Shown one piece after another: positions 24,497-36,678 of a stretch of DNA of 64,000 bases. The stretch is from positions 26,797 through 90,796 of the forward strand of contig CDRNVI010000145.1 in NCBI GenBank assembly GCA_977017575.1, given 5' to 3'. The notes under the pieces were generated by a model that saw nothing but the letters and a program-made list of their open reading frames with translations, searched no databases and was not told where the DNA came from. The DNA is from Paramoeba atlantica (lineage: Eukaryota > Protista > Discosea). Numbering within the stretch: position 1 is the stretch's first letter; each line of letters starts with the position of its first letter. The position numbers and the translations under genes were made by a program.

Positions 24497-24828
24497 TTCC
24501 CCTCTCTCTTTCTCTCTTTCTCTCTTTCTCTCTTTCTCTCTTTTCTCTTTCTCTTTCTCTTTCTCCTCTTTGGCACCCGAAAAATACTTTTCTTTTTTGG
24601 AGCACTAAAATTTAGCGGTGCTCATTTCTTCATTTTCTTTTTCTCTCACCTCTTCTCTTCTCTTTTTCTCTGTCCTTCTCTCTCTCTCTCCTAGGTATGA
24701 AATTGGGATCTTATTTTTTATTTTTCTATTTTATTATTTCCCCCTCTCCCCCCCACACCACCACACCCAAATAAAATAAACAAATTCTTTTTGAAAAAAG
24801 AAGATTTCCTTTTTCAATTTTGTGGAGG

Positions 24829-27800
24829 TTAATCCATTCGAGCTTTTTTGAATTCAATTTCATCACCACCAAAACCACATTCATCTCCAATCTTTCTCTT
24901 TTTACTTTCTCTTTCTTCTCCTTCTTCTCTTTGTTCTTCTCCTTCTCCTTCTTCTTCTTCTCCTCCTTCTCTTTGTTCTTCTTCTTTTCCATTTGATTCA
25001 ATCTTTTCATTCCCTTCTCGTTTTGCAGGTTTAATTGAACCATCAATGTGAATGTATTCCTATCCAAAAATTGTGTTTCAATTCTTTTTGCGAATTTCAA
25101 AAATAATGAGAAAAAGAAAAAGAAAAACCTTAAAAAACTTCTTCACTTGTTGATAGGAGGTGATGTCTGCTGGTGTTTGTCCCTAAAATATTTTAAAATA
25201 TCAAAAAAAAGAGATTCATCAAAAAAAATAAATCAATAAATCAAAGAAAAATGAACCAAGTTATTTTTGATTTCAGGATCAGCACCATGTTCACACAAAA
25301 GTTTCACCATCTCCAACTTACCCCCATGTGCAGCCAGATGGAGCGCAGTATCCCCATCCTATCATTTTGGGTTGAATGAATTGTTCCCAAAGAGTACCCC
25401 AAAAACAAAGAAATGTGAAAAACCTCATTTGTTTTGTTGATTTCAGCACCATTTTGCAACATAAATAAAACAACCTCATTGGTTGACCCAAAATGTTGAA
25501 ATTGGATAAGAGCCATGAGAGGAGTGCGACTCTTTGAAAAAAAAAATGATTAAAATGATACTCAAAAACACCCATTCAAAAAAATCAAATGAGAAAATAC
25601 TTGATAGATTTCATTTACATCTGCTCCATTTTCAACTAAGAGCTTAACAACTGGTAAAGTAGCAGAATAAGAACCACAAACTTGATGAAGAATACTCTGT
25701 CCCTGTTTTCCCAAAACCAAATTGATGGTAAATTGAAAGAAAGAAAAAAAAGAAAGAAAAGAAGAGAGAGGATTGTTTTGAGGAAAGTTATCAAAAAAAC
25801 CAACAAACTTGAACAATGATATGTGCTCCATTTTGTAATAATAATTTTGCAATATCCACATTGTTGTTTCGACATGCAAGAGCCAGAGGTGGTCGACCAT
25901 GCTGTGGTGACATGAGAATTTGAAAAAGACAAAGAGAAAAGAAATTTCAAAGTTTTTGGAAGAAAAAGAAAAAAAAAAAAGAAAAAAGAGAATACAAATT
26001 GAACTCCATTGATTGGACAATTTTTAGAAATCAAAAATTGAGCCAAATCAAATTTCCCATTTTCACTTGCAAAACATAAAGGTCCAACATTCAATTCCTG
26101 GTGTGTGTGTGGAGATCAAAAAAGGTAAGAAAAAGGGGAGGTGGGGTGGTGAATTGTCAATATTGTGTTGAAAACAGAAAAAAATGTTCACAAATAAAAA
26201 AAAATACCTCTTTCATATTCTCCAATAAATAAGAGATTACATCCATGTGACCCCCTTGACATGCCAACACAAGACCATCACTGTTCCCAACTTGAAGTTG
26301 AGCACCATGTTTTGTGAAGAAAGAAACAATTTTAAGGTCTCCTAATTTACATGCAATGTGAAAGGGGTTCTGCCTCTGGAACAATTTTTAGAGAAAAAAA
26401 TTTTTTTATCATTTTTGTCATTTTGACAACAATAAAAAAATCAAAAAGAGAGAAAACAGACAGGATTTTGAAAATTGATTGAAGCACCTCTTTCCACCAA
26501 TAAAGTAATAATGTCAAAATGACCTCCCTCAGTTGCCTCACACAAAGCTGTCTTTCCCTTTTTTTTTCACAAAAGTTGATTTCAATAAACAAAGAAATCT
26601 CAAACAAGAGAAAAGAAAAAAAGAAAAAAACCTGGTTTCCTGGTTGATCAATCTGAAGATCTTCTATTTTCAAAAAAGTTTTGACAATCTCTAAATTCCC
26701 TTTTTGACAAGCAACATGAAATGGAGACATTCGATACTAAAATGATAAAAGGGCAAAATAAAATTTCGTAAATTCCTCTTCCTCACCTCCAACACAAATA
26801 AACACAAGACATTCAAAAAATAAAAATAAAATATTTTTCAGATTTCCAAATTAAAAAAAAAATAAAAAAAAAAATAAAAAAAAAACAGACATTATCTCTA
26901 AAATTGATTGAAGCACCTCCTTCCACCAATAAAGTAATAATGTCAAAATGACCTCCCTCAGTTGCCTCAAACAAAGCTGTCTTTCCCTTTTTTTTCAAAA
27001 TCATTAAAGAAATCTCAAACAAGAGAAAAGAAGAAAAGAAAAAACCTTTTTTCCTTGTTGATCAATCTGAAGATCTTTTATTTTCAAAAAAGTTTTGACA
27101 ATCTCTAAATTCCCTTTTTGACAAGCAACATGAAATGGAGACATTCGATACTAAAATGACAAAAGGACAAAATAAAATTTCGTCAATTCCTCTTTCTCCC
27201 CCTCCCCCCTCCAACATAAATATAAAGACAAGACATTCAAAAAATAAAAAAAAAATAAAAAAGAGAAAACAGACATTATCTCTAAAATTGATTGAAGCAC
27301 CTCTTTCCACCAATAAAGTAATAATGTCAAAATGACCTCCCTCAGTTGCCTCAAACAAAGCTGTCTTTCTCTTTTTTTTTCACAAAAGTTGATTTCAATA
27401 AATCATCAAAGAAATCTCAAACAAGAGAAAAGAAAAACCTGCCTTCCTCGTTGATCAATCTGAAGATCTTCTATTTTCAAAAAACTTTTGACAATCTCTA
27501 AATTCCCTTTTTGACAAGCAATATGCCATGGAGACATTTGATCCTAAAATGACAAAAGGACAAAATAAAATTCATAAATTCCTCTTTCTCCCCTCCCCCC
27601 TCCAACATAAATATAAAGAAGAGACATTCAAAAAATAAAAACATACTTTTGAAGGAATATTTGGATGAGCACCCTTTTCAAGAAGGAAATGAACCATTTT
27701 GATATCATCCTCCAAAACTGCAACACATAAAGGACTCCAACTCTACCAAAAAGAGGTGAATGAAAGGAAATCTCTTTTGTTTCAGAAATCAATTGTGAAA

Positions 27801-28973
27801 ACTTTGAAAAATGAGAAAGAGAAAAAAAAGGGGTGTGGAAGAAAAAAATAACATCATGGAAAGAAAAGTTGATATTTGCGCCTTTGTTGATCAATAATTG
27901 TGCCATTTCAAAATCCCCTCTTTTACAAGCACAACAAAAAGAAGTTTCTCCTTCCTGTTCCCCCCAAAAATAAAAGATTAGTTTTTTTTATGAAAACCTC
28001 CAAAAAAACATTCAAAAAAACTTTACTTTTGTTGACCAATCCACTTTTGCTTTGTTATCAATCAAAAGATTTGCCATTTTAATGTCTCCCCTTTCACAAC
28101 AAAGCCACAAAGGGCTTTTCCCTCCCTGTTCAAACAAAATGATCATTTTCAAAAAACAAATAATAACTTCCAAAAAAAATGGAAAGAGGAATCTAAAAAT
28201 TGATTTGATATGAGGGAGAGAAAGAGAGAGGAAGAAAGAAAGAGAGAAAGAAAGAGAGAGAAACTGTTGTTGTTTGATCTACTGTGGCTCCTTTTTCAAT
28301 CAAAAATTTGGCAATTTCAAAATATCCTTTTTCACAAACTGAAGATAATGCAGTCTTCTTTGGCTTTTGCTACAATCAAATAAAAATAAAAGAAGAAGAA
28401 TTGAGTTGAACACACACCCACAACAATCAATAAGAAAAAATATGATTAGAAAAAAAAGAGAGATGATTTACTGAAAGCGGATGAAGAGAAGAGCCTTTCT
28501 CAAAAAGAAACTGAACTATTTCAAGATTCCCAAATTCACAAGCAATAATCAATGGATCTGATCCACCCTTCAAAAAACAAAACAAAAGAGACAATCAACC
28601 ATCAAAATTTTTAAAATTTATTTTTTTTTTGAGAAAAAGAAAGAGAAAAAAACCTGAGCAACTCTCTCAAGGGAAGCACCATTTTCAATCAACAAAGTGA
28701 TCATCTTTAAGTCTCCTTTTTGGCATGCTCTCATCAAAGGAGTAATCCCTTTCTTTTCTCAAAACTTTCAAATCAATATCACAACTCAACACACACACAG
28801 AGAGACACAGAATCATCACCAGAGAGGATAATGATGATAAAAAAAGAAGAAAAGAAGATGATCACCTGGTGTCTTGGAGCTTGATTGACATCAACTCTCC
28901 GACTCAAAAGAAGTTGTTTGACCTTTTCACAATCTCCCCCTCCCACAGCTTCAAACAATTGGTGATTTGCCAT
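24829..28973 (-). CDS. Ankyrin-repeat protein copy 5, with exons 8+9 triplicated (21 exons)
   Basis: ATG at 28973 (MANHQLFEAVGGGD..). Three exon-8 copies of 105 nt and three exon-9 copies of 96 nt lie between 26462 and 27543. Last exon is 25059-24829. Confidence 0.8.
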
Positions 28974-29091
28974 TTCCCTCTCTCTCTCTTTCTCTCTTTC
29001 TCCTCTCACCCCAAAAAAACAAACTTTTCACCAAAGACACACCAAACCCGAAAAGAGGAAAATGGCAAGTTGCTCCTTTCTGTTTAGAAAA

Positions 29092-29101
29092 CTAAATTTA
29101 G
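29092..29101. promoter_or_regulatory. CTAAATTTAG palindrome about 80-130 bp upstream of the ankyrin ATGs (representative site)
   Basis: Perfect palindrome also at 32853, 36501 and 40158. Variants at 17564 and 43718. Extended to GAGCACTAAAATTTAGCGGTGCTC at 21051 and 24600. Function is inferred only. Confidence 0.35.
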
Positions 29102-29473
29102 CCATTTTCATAATTTCCTCTTCTTTTTGATTTTCATTTTCTCTCTCTTTGTTTTGAAATTGTCACCTTCTTCTTTATTTTTCTATTTTATTATTTCCCC
29201 CTCGTTGAAGTCTTGAATGTTCCACAAAATATTCCCATGACAAACAATGAATCCGGAAATCACTTTTCTGGATCGCCAAACAACTTTCTGAGAAAATTTC
29301 CTTCACCGAAACCCCATCAAAACCGAATAATAAATCATTTCATTTTTCCCATTTCATTTGCTCGAGGAATTAACGCCGAATTTCTATTTTATTATTTTCC
29401 CCCTCTTCTCCCCCACCCCACCACCCCAAATAAAATAAACAATTTCTTTTTTGAAAAAAGAAGATTTCCTTTT

Positions 29474-32400
29474 TCAATTTTGTGGAGGCGAATCCATTCG
29501 AGGTTTTTTGAATTCAATTTCATCATCACCAAAACCACATTCATCTCGAATCTTTCTCTTTTTACTTTCTCCTTCTTCTCCTTTTTCTCCTTCTCTTTGT
29601 TCTTCTCCTTGTTCTTCTCCTTCTCTTTGTTCTTCTTTTCCATTTGATTCAATCTTTTCATTCCCTTCTTGTTTTGCAGGTTTAATTGAACCATCAATGT
29701 GAATGTATTCCTATCCAAAAATAGTGTTTCAATTCTTTGGGAAATTTCAAAAAGAATGAGGAAAAGAAAAAGAAAAAGAAAAACCTCCAAAAACTTCTTC
29801 ACTGGTTGATAGGAGGTGATGTCTGCTGGTGTTTGTCCCTAAAATATTTAAAAATATCAGAAAAAAGGGATTCCTAAAAAAAGAGATTCATCAAAAAAAT
29901 AAATCAATCAAATCAAAGAAAAATGAACCTGATTATTTTTGATTTCAGGATCAGCACCATATTCACACAAAAGTTTCACTATCTCCAATTCACCCCTACT
30001 TGCAGCCACATGGAGCGCAGTCCTCCCATCCTACCATTTTGGGTTGAATGAATTGTTCCCAAAGAGTACCCCAAAAAACAAAGAAATGTGAAAAACCTCA
30101 TTTGTTTTGTTGATTTCAACACCATTTTTCAACATAAAAAAAACAATCTCATGGGTTGACCCAAAATGTTGAAATTGGATAATGGTCATGAGAGGAGTGC
30201 GACCCTTTGAAAAAAAAAGATTTAAAATGATACTCAAAAACACCCATTCAAAAAAAATCAAATTAGAAAATACTTGATAGATTCCATTTACATCTGCTCC
30301 ATTTTCAACTAAGAGCTTAACAGCTCGTAAATTAACAGAATAGGAACCACAAACTTGATGAAGAATACTCTTTCCCTGTTTTTCCAAAACCAAATTGATG
30401 GTAAATTGAAAGAAAAAAAAGAAAGAAAAGAAAGAAAGAAAGAAAAGAGAGGATTGTTTTGAAGAAAGTTATCAAAAAACCAATAAACTTGAACAATGAG
30501 ATGTGCTCCATTTTGTAATAATAATTTTGCAATATCCACATGGTGGTGTATACAGGCAAGAGTCAGAGGTGATTGACCATGCTGTGGTGATGAGACTTTG
30601 AATAAGACAAAGAGAAAAGAAATTTCAAAGTTTTTGAAAAAAAGAAAGAAAAAAAGAAAATACAAAGAAGTTAGTGTGAACTCCATTGATTGGACAATTT
30701 TTAGAAATCAAAAATTGAGCCAAATCAAATTTCCCTTTTTCACTTGCAAAACATAAAGGTCCAACATTCAATTCCTGGGGTGTGTGGAGATAAAAAAGGT
30801 AAAAAAAGGGGGTAGTGAGTTGTGAATATTGTGTTGAAAACAGAGAAAATTGTATCCTAATAAAAAAATACCTTTTTCATATTCTCCAATAAATAAGAGA
30901 TTACATCCATGTGACCCTCTTGACATGCCAACACAAGACCATCACTGTTCCCAACTTGAAGTTGAGCACCATGTTTGGTGAAGAAAGAAACAATTTTAAG
31001 GTCTCCTAATTTACATGCAATGTGAAAGGGGGTATGTGAGGTCCACTGTAACAATTTTTAGAGAAAGAAATTTGAAAATCAAAGTTTTTTCATTTTTCCA
31101 AAAAAATCAAAAAAAGAAAAGAGACTTGGTTTTGAAAATTGATTGAAGCACCTCTTTCCACCAATAAAGTAATAATGTCAAAATGACCTCCCTCAGTTGC
31201 CTCACACAAAGCTGTCTTTCCCTTTTTGTTTCACAAATGTTGATTTCAATAAATCATCAAAGAAATCTCAAACAAGAGAAAAGAAAAAACCTCATTTCCT
31301 TGTTGATCAATCTGAAGATCTTCTATTTTCAAAAAAGTTTTGACAATCTCTAAATTCCCTTTTTGACAAGCAACATGCCAAGGAGACATTCGATCCTAAA
31401 ATGAAAAAGGACAAAAGAGAGTCCATCAATTCCTCTTCCTCCCCTCCCCCCTCCAACATAAATATCAAGAGAGACATTCAAAATAAAAACATACTTTTGA
31501 AGGAATATTTGGATTAGCACCCTTTTCAAGAAGGAAATGAACCATTTTGATATCATTCTCCAAAACTGCAAAACATAAAGGACTCCAACTCTACCAAAAA
31601 GAGATGAAAATATTTAAACTGAGTTCTTTTTTTCAAACATTTTGAAAGTTGAGAAAGAGAAAAAAATAACAATGGGTGTGGGAGAAAAAACACCTCGTTG
31701 TAAAGAAAAGTTGATATTTGCGCCTTTGTTGATCAAAAATTGTGCCATTTCAAAATCCCCTCTTTTGCAAGCACGACACAAAGAAGTTTCTCCTTCCTGC
31801 CCCCCCCCGCCCCAAAAAAAGAAGATGGGTAAAGATTAGTTTTTCTTGTGAAAATATTCAAAAAACTGAAGAAAAAACTTTACATTTGTTGACCAATCTA
31901 CTTTTGCTTTGTTGTCAATCAAAAGATTCGCCATTTTAATGTCTCCTCTTTCACAACAAATCCACAAAGGACTTTCACCTCCCTGTTCAAACAAATAATA
32001 ACTTACAAAAAATGGAAAGGAAATCTAAAAATTAATTTGACATGAGGAGAGAGAAAGAAAGAGAGAAACTGTCTTTGTTTGGTCCACTTTGGTTCCTTTT
32101 TCAATCAAAAATTTGGCGATTTCAGAGTGTCCTTTTTCACAAACTGAAGATAATGCAGTCTGATTTGGTTTTTGCTACAATCAAATAAAAATAAAAGAAG
32201 ATGAATTGAGTTGAATACACAACAACAATCAATGAAAAAATGTGATGCAAAAAAAAGATGATTTACCGAAATTGGCTCAAGAGAAGAGCCTTTCTCAAAA
32301 AGAAACTGAACTATTTCAAGATTCCCAAATTCACAAGCAATAATCAATGGATCTGATCCATCCTTCAAAAACCATAACAACAGAGACAATCAATTAAACT

Positions 32401-32775
32401 TTCTTTCCCAAAAAAAAAATCAAAAAGAGAGAAAAGAGAAAAAAGAAAGAGAGAAAAACCTCAGCATGACTCTTGAGCGAAGCACCATTTTCAATCAACA
32501 AAGTAATCATCTTTAAGTCTCCTTTTTCACATGCTCTCATCAAAGGAGTAATCCCTTTCTTTTCTCAAAACTTTCAGATCAATATCACAACTCAACACAC
32601 ACACAGAGACACAGAATCATCACCAGAGAGGATGATGAGATGAAAAAGAAGAAAAGAAGATGATCACCTGGCGTCTTGGAGCTTGATTGACATCCACTTT
32701 TTGATTCAAAAGGAGTTGTTGAACCTTTTCACAATCTCCCCCTTCCACAGCTTCAAACAATTGGAGGTCTGCCAT
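29474..32775 (-). CDS. Ankyrin-repeat protein copy 6
   Basis: ATG at 32775 (MADLQLFEAVEGGD..). Last exon 29710-29474 has TCG in place of the usual TAA and ends ..KKPRMDSPPQN-TGA. Confidence 0.8.
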
Positions 32776-33143
32776 TTCCCTCTCTCTCTTTCTCTTTCTC
32801 CTCTCACTCAAAAAAAAAACTTCTCAAACCAAAAGAGAGAAAAAGAGGAAAACTAAATTTAGCCATTTTCTCCCTCTCTCTCTTTCTTTGCTTTATTTTT
32901 GTCACCTTCAGTTTTTGAGTTTTCTCTTTTATTATTTCCCCCTCTCCCCCCCACACCCAAATAAAATAAACAATTTCTTTTAAAATTTTTATTCCATCGC
33001 CAAGGGTAAAGATTTAAGGGAAAAGGTTCGAGAAGAGGAGAGTGGGAAATAATTTTCCCCCTCTTCCCCCTCTCCATCACCCCAAATAAAATAAACAATT
33101 TCTTTTTGAAAAAAGAAGATTTCCTTTTTCAATTTTGTGGAGG

Positions 33144-36100
33144 TTAATCCATTCGAGGTTTTTTGAATTCAATTTCATCACCAAAACCACATTCATCTCG
33201 AACCTTTCTCTTTTTACTCTCTCTTTCTTCTCCTTCTTCTCCTTCTCTTTGTTCTTCTTTTCCATTTGATTCAATCTTTTCATTCCCATCTCGTTTTGCA
33301 GGTTTAATTGAACCATCAATGTGAATGTATTCCTATTCAAAAATTGTGTTTCAATTCTTTGCGAAATTTCAAAAATAATGAGGAAAAGAAAAAGAAAAAG
33401 AAAAACCTTCAAAAACTTCTTCATTTGTTGAGAGTAGGCGAAGTGTGCTGGTGTTTGTCCCTAAAATATTTTGAAAATAGTAAAAAAAGAGATTCATCAA
33501 AAAAATAAATCAATCAAATCAAAGAAAAATGAACCTGCTTATTTTTGATTTCAGGATCAGCACCATGTTCACACAAAAGTTTCACCATCTCCAATTCACC
33601 CCTACTTGCAGCCAGATGGAGCGCAGTATTCCCACCCTATCATTTTGGGTTGAATGAATTGTTCCCAAAGAGTACCCCAAAAAACAAAGAAATGAGAAAA
33701 ACCTCATTTGTTTTGTTGATTTCAACACCATTTTTCAACAAAAATAAAACAATCTCTCTGATTGTCTGAAATTGTTGAAATTGGAGAAGAGTCATGAGAA
33801 GAGTGCGACCCTTTGAAAAAAAAAATGATTAAAATGATACTCAAAAACACCCATTCAAAAAAAAATCAAATTAGAAAAAATACTTGATAGATTTCATTTA
33901 CATCTGCTCCATTTTCAACTAAAATCTTAACAACTGGTAAAGTAACAGAATAGGAACAAACTTGATGAAGAATACTCTTTCCCTGTTTTTCCAAACCAAA
34001 TTGATGGTAAATTGAAAGAAAGAAAAGAAAAAAAAAAAAGAAAGAAAAAAGAGAGAGGACTTGAACAATGATATGTGCTCCATTTTGTAATAATAATTTT
34101 GCAATATCCACATTGTTGGAGGTACATGCAAGAGCCAGAGGTGATTGACCCTCCTGTGGTGACATGAGAATTTTGAAAAAGACAAAGAGAAAAGAAATTT
34201 CAAATTTTTTGGAAGAAAAAGAAAAAAAAAAAAGAAAAAAAGAGAATACAAATAAGTTAGTGTGAACTCCATTGATTGGACAATTTTTAGAAATCAAAAA
34301 TTGAGCCAAATCAAATTTCCCATTTTGACTTGCAAAACATAAAGGTCCAACATTCAATTCCTGGTGTGTGTGTGTGTGGAGATCAAAAAAGGTATGAAAA
34401 AAAGGGGAGGTGGGGTGGTGAATTGTAAATATTGTGTTGAAAACAGAAAAATTGTATCCTAATAAGAAAAAATACCTCTTTCGTATTCTCCAATAAATAA
34501 GAGATTACATCCATGTTACCCCCTTCACATGCACGGACAAGACCATCACTGTTCCCAACTTGAAGTTGAGCACCATGTTTGGTGAAGAAAGAAACAATTT
34601 TAAGATTTCCTAATTTACATGCAATGTGAAAGGGGTTATGAATCCTCTGTAATAATTTTGAGAGAGAAAAATTTTAAAATCAGAGTTTTTTTCATTTTGA
34701 CAATTAAAAAAAATCAAAAAGAGAAAACAGACTTGATTTTCAAAATTGATTGAAGCACCTCTTTCCACCAATAAAGTTATAATGTCAAAATGACCTCCCT
34801 CAGTTGCCTCACACAAAGCTGTCTTTCCCTTTTTGTTTCACAAAAGTTAATTTCAAAGAAATCATCAAAGAAATCTCAAACAAGAGAAAAGAAAAAAAGA
34901 AAACCAGATTTCCTTGTTGATCAATCTGAAGATCTTCTATTTTCAAAAAAATTTTGACAATCTCTAAATTCCCTTTTTGACAAGCAATGTGAAAGGGAGA
35001 CATTCGATCCTAAAATGACAAAAGGACAAAATAGAATTCATAAATTCCTCTTTCTCCCCTCCCCCCTCCAACATAAATATCAAGAGAGACATTCAAAAAA
35101 TAAAAACATACTTTTGAAAGAATATTTGGATTAGCACCCTTTTCAAGAAGGAAATGAACCATTTTGATATCATTCTCCAAAACTGCAAAACATAAAGGGC
35201 TCCAACTCTACCAAAAAGAGATGAAAATATTTAAACTGAGTTCTTTTTTTCAAACATTTTGAAAGTTGAGAAAAAGAAAAAATAACAATGGGTGTGGGAG
35301 AATAAACATCTCGTTGCAGAGAAAAGTTGATATTTGCACCTTTGTTGATCAAAAATTGTGCCATTTCAAAATCCCCTCTTTTACAAGCACAACACAAAGA
35401 AGTTTCTCCTTCCTGTCCCCCCAGCCCCAAAAAAAAGAAGAAGATTGGTAAAGATTAGTTTTTTTTTTGTGAAAACATTCAAACGAAAAGAATCAAAATT
35501 TTACATTTGTTGACCAATCCACCTTTGCTTTGTTGTCAATCAAAAGGTTTGCCATTTCAAAGTCTCTCCTTTCACAACAAATCCACAAAGGGCTTTTCCC
35601 TCTCTGTTCAAACAAAATGATCATTTTAAAAAAAATGGAAACAGGAACCAATGAGGAGAGAAAAGAGAGAAAGAAAGAAAGAAAGAGAAACCATCGTTGT
35701 TTGATCTACTTTGGCTCCTTTTTCAATCAAAAATTTGACAATTTCAAAATACCCTTTTTCACAAACTGAAGATAATGCAGTCTTCTTTCCTCCCCACTGG
35801 TAAAAAACACAACAATAATCAATGAAAAAATATGGGCAGAACTAAAAAAGAGAAAAATGATTGACTGATGACTGAGGAAGAGAATAGCCTTTCTCAAAAA
35901 GAAATTGAACAATTTCAAGATTCCCAAACTCACAAGCGCAAATCAGTGGATCTGATCCATCCTTCAAAAACCATAACAACAGAGACAATCAATCATCAAA
36001 CTTTTTTCCTCCCAAAAAAAGAGAATCTTTTTTGGAGAAAAAGAAAGAGAAAAAAACCTCAGCAGCAAGACTCTTGAGCGAAGCTCCATTTTCAATCAAC

Positions 36101-36372
36101 AAAGTGATCATCTTTAAGTCTCCTTTTTCACATGCTCTCATCAAAGGAGTAATCCCTTTCTTTCTCAAAACTTTCAGATCAATATCACAACTCAACACAC
36201 ACACAGAGACACATCATCACCAGAGATAATGATGATAAAAAAAAGAAGAAAAGAAGATGATCACCTGGTGTCTTGGAGCTTGATTGACATCCACTCTCCG
36301 ACTCAAAAGAAGTTGTTTAACTTTTTCATAATCTCCCCCTTCCACAGCTTCAAACAATTGGTGATCTGTCAT
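33144..36372 (-). CDS. Ankyrin-repeat protein copy 7
   Basis: ATG at 36372 (MTDHQLFEAVEGGDYEK..). Last exon is 33332-33144 (63 codons). Confidence 0.8.
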
Positions 36373-36678
36373 TTCCCTCTCTTCTCTCTTTCTCTTTCTC
36401 TCTCTCACCCAAAAAAACAAACTTTTTAACCAAAGACACACCAAAACCGAAAAGAGAAAAAGAGGAAAACGGCAAACTTGCTCCTTTCTTTTTTAGAAAA
36501 CTAAATTTAGCCCTCTTTTTGATTTTCATTTTCTCTCTTTCTTTTGTTCTGAAATTGTCACTGGATGTTTATTTTTCTATTTTATTATTTTCCCCTCTCC
36601 CCCCACACCACCACCCCAAATAAAAATAAACAAATTCTTTTTGAAAAAAGAAGATTTCCTTTTTCAATTTTGTGGAGG

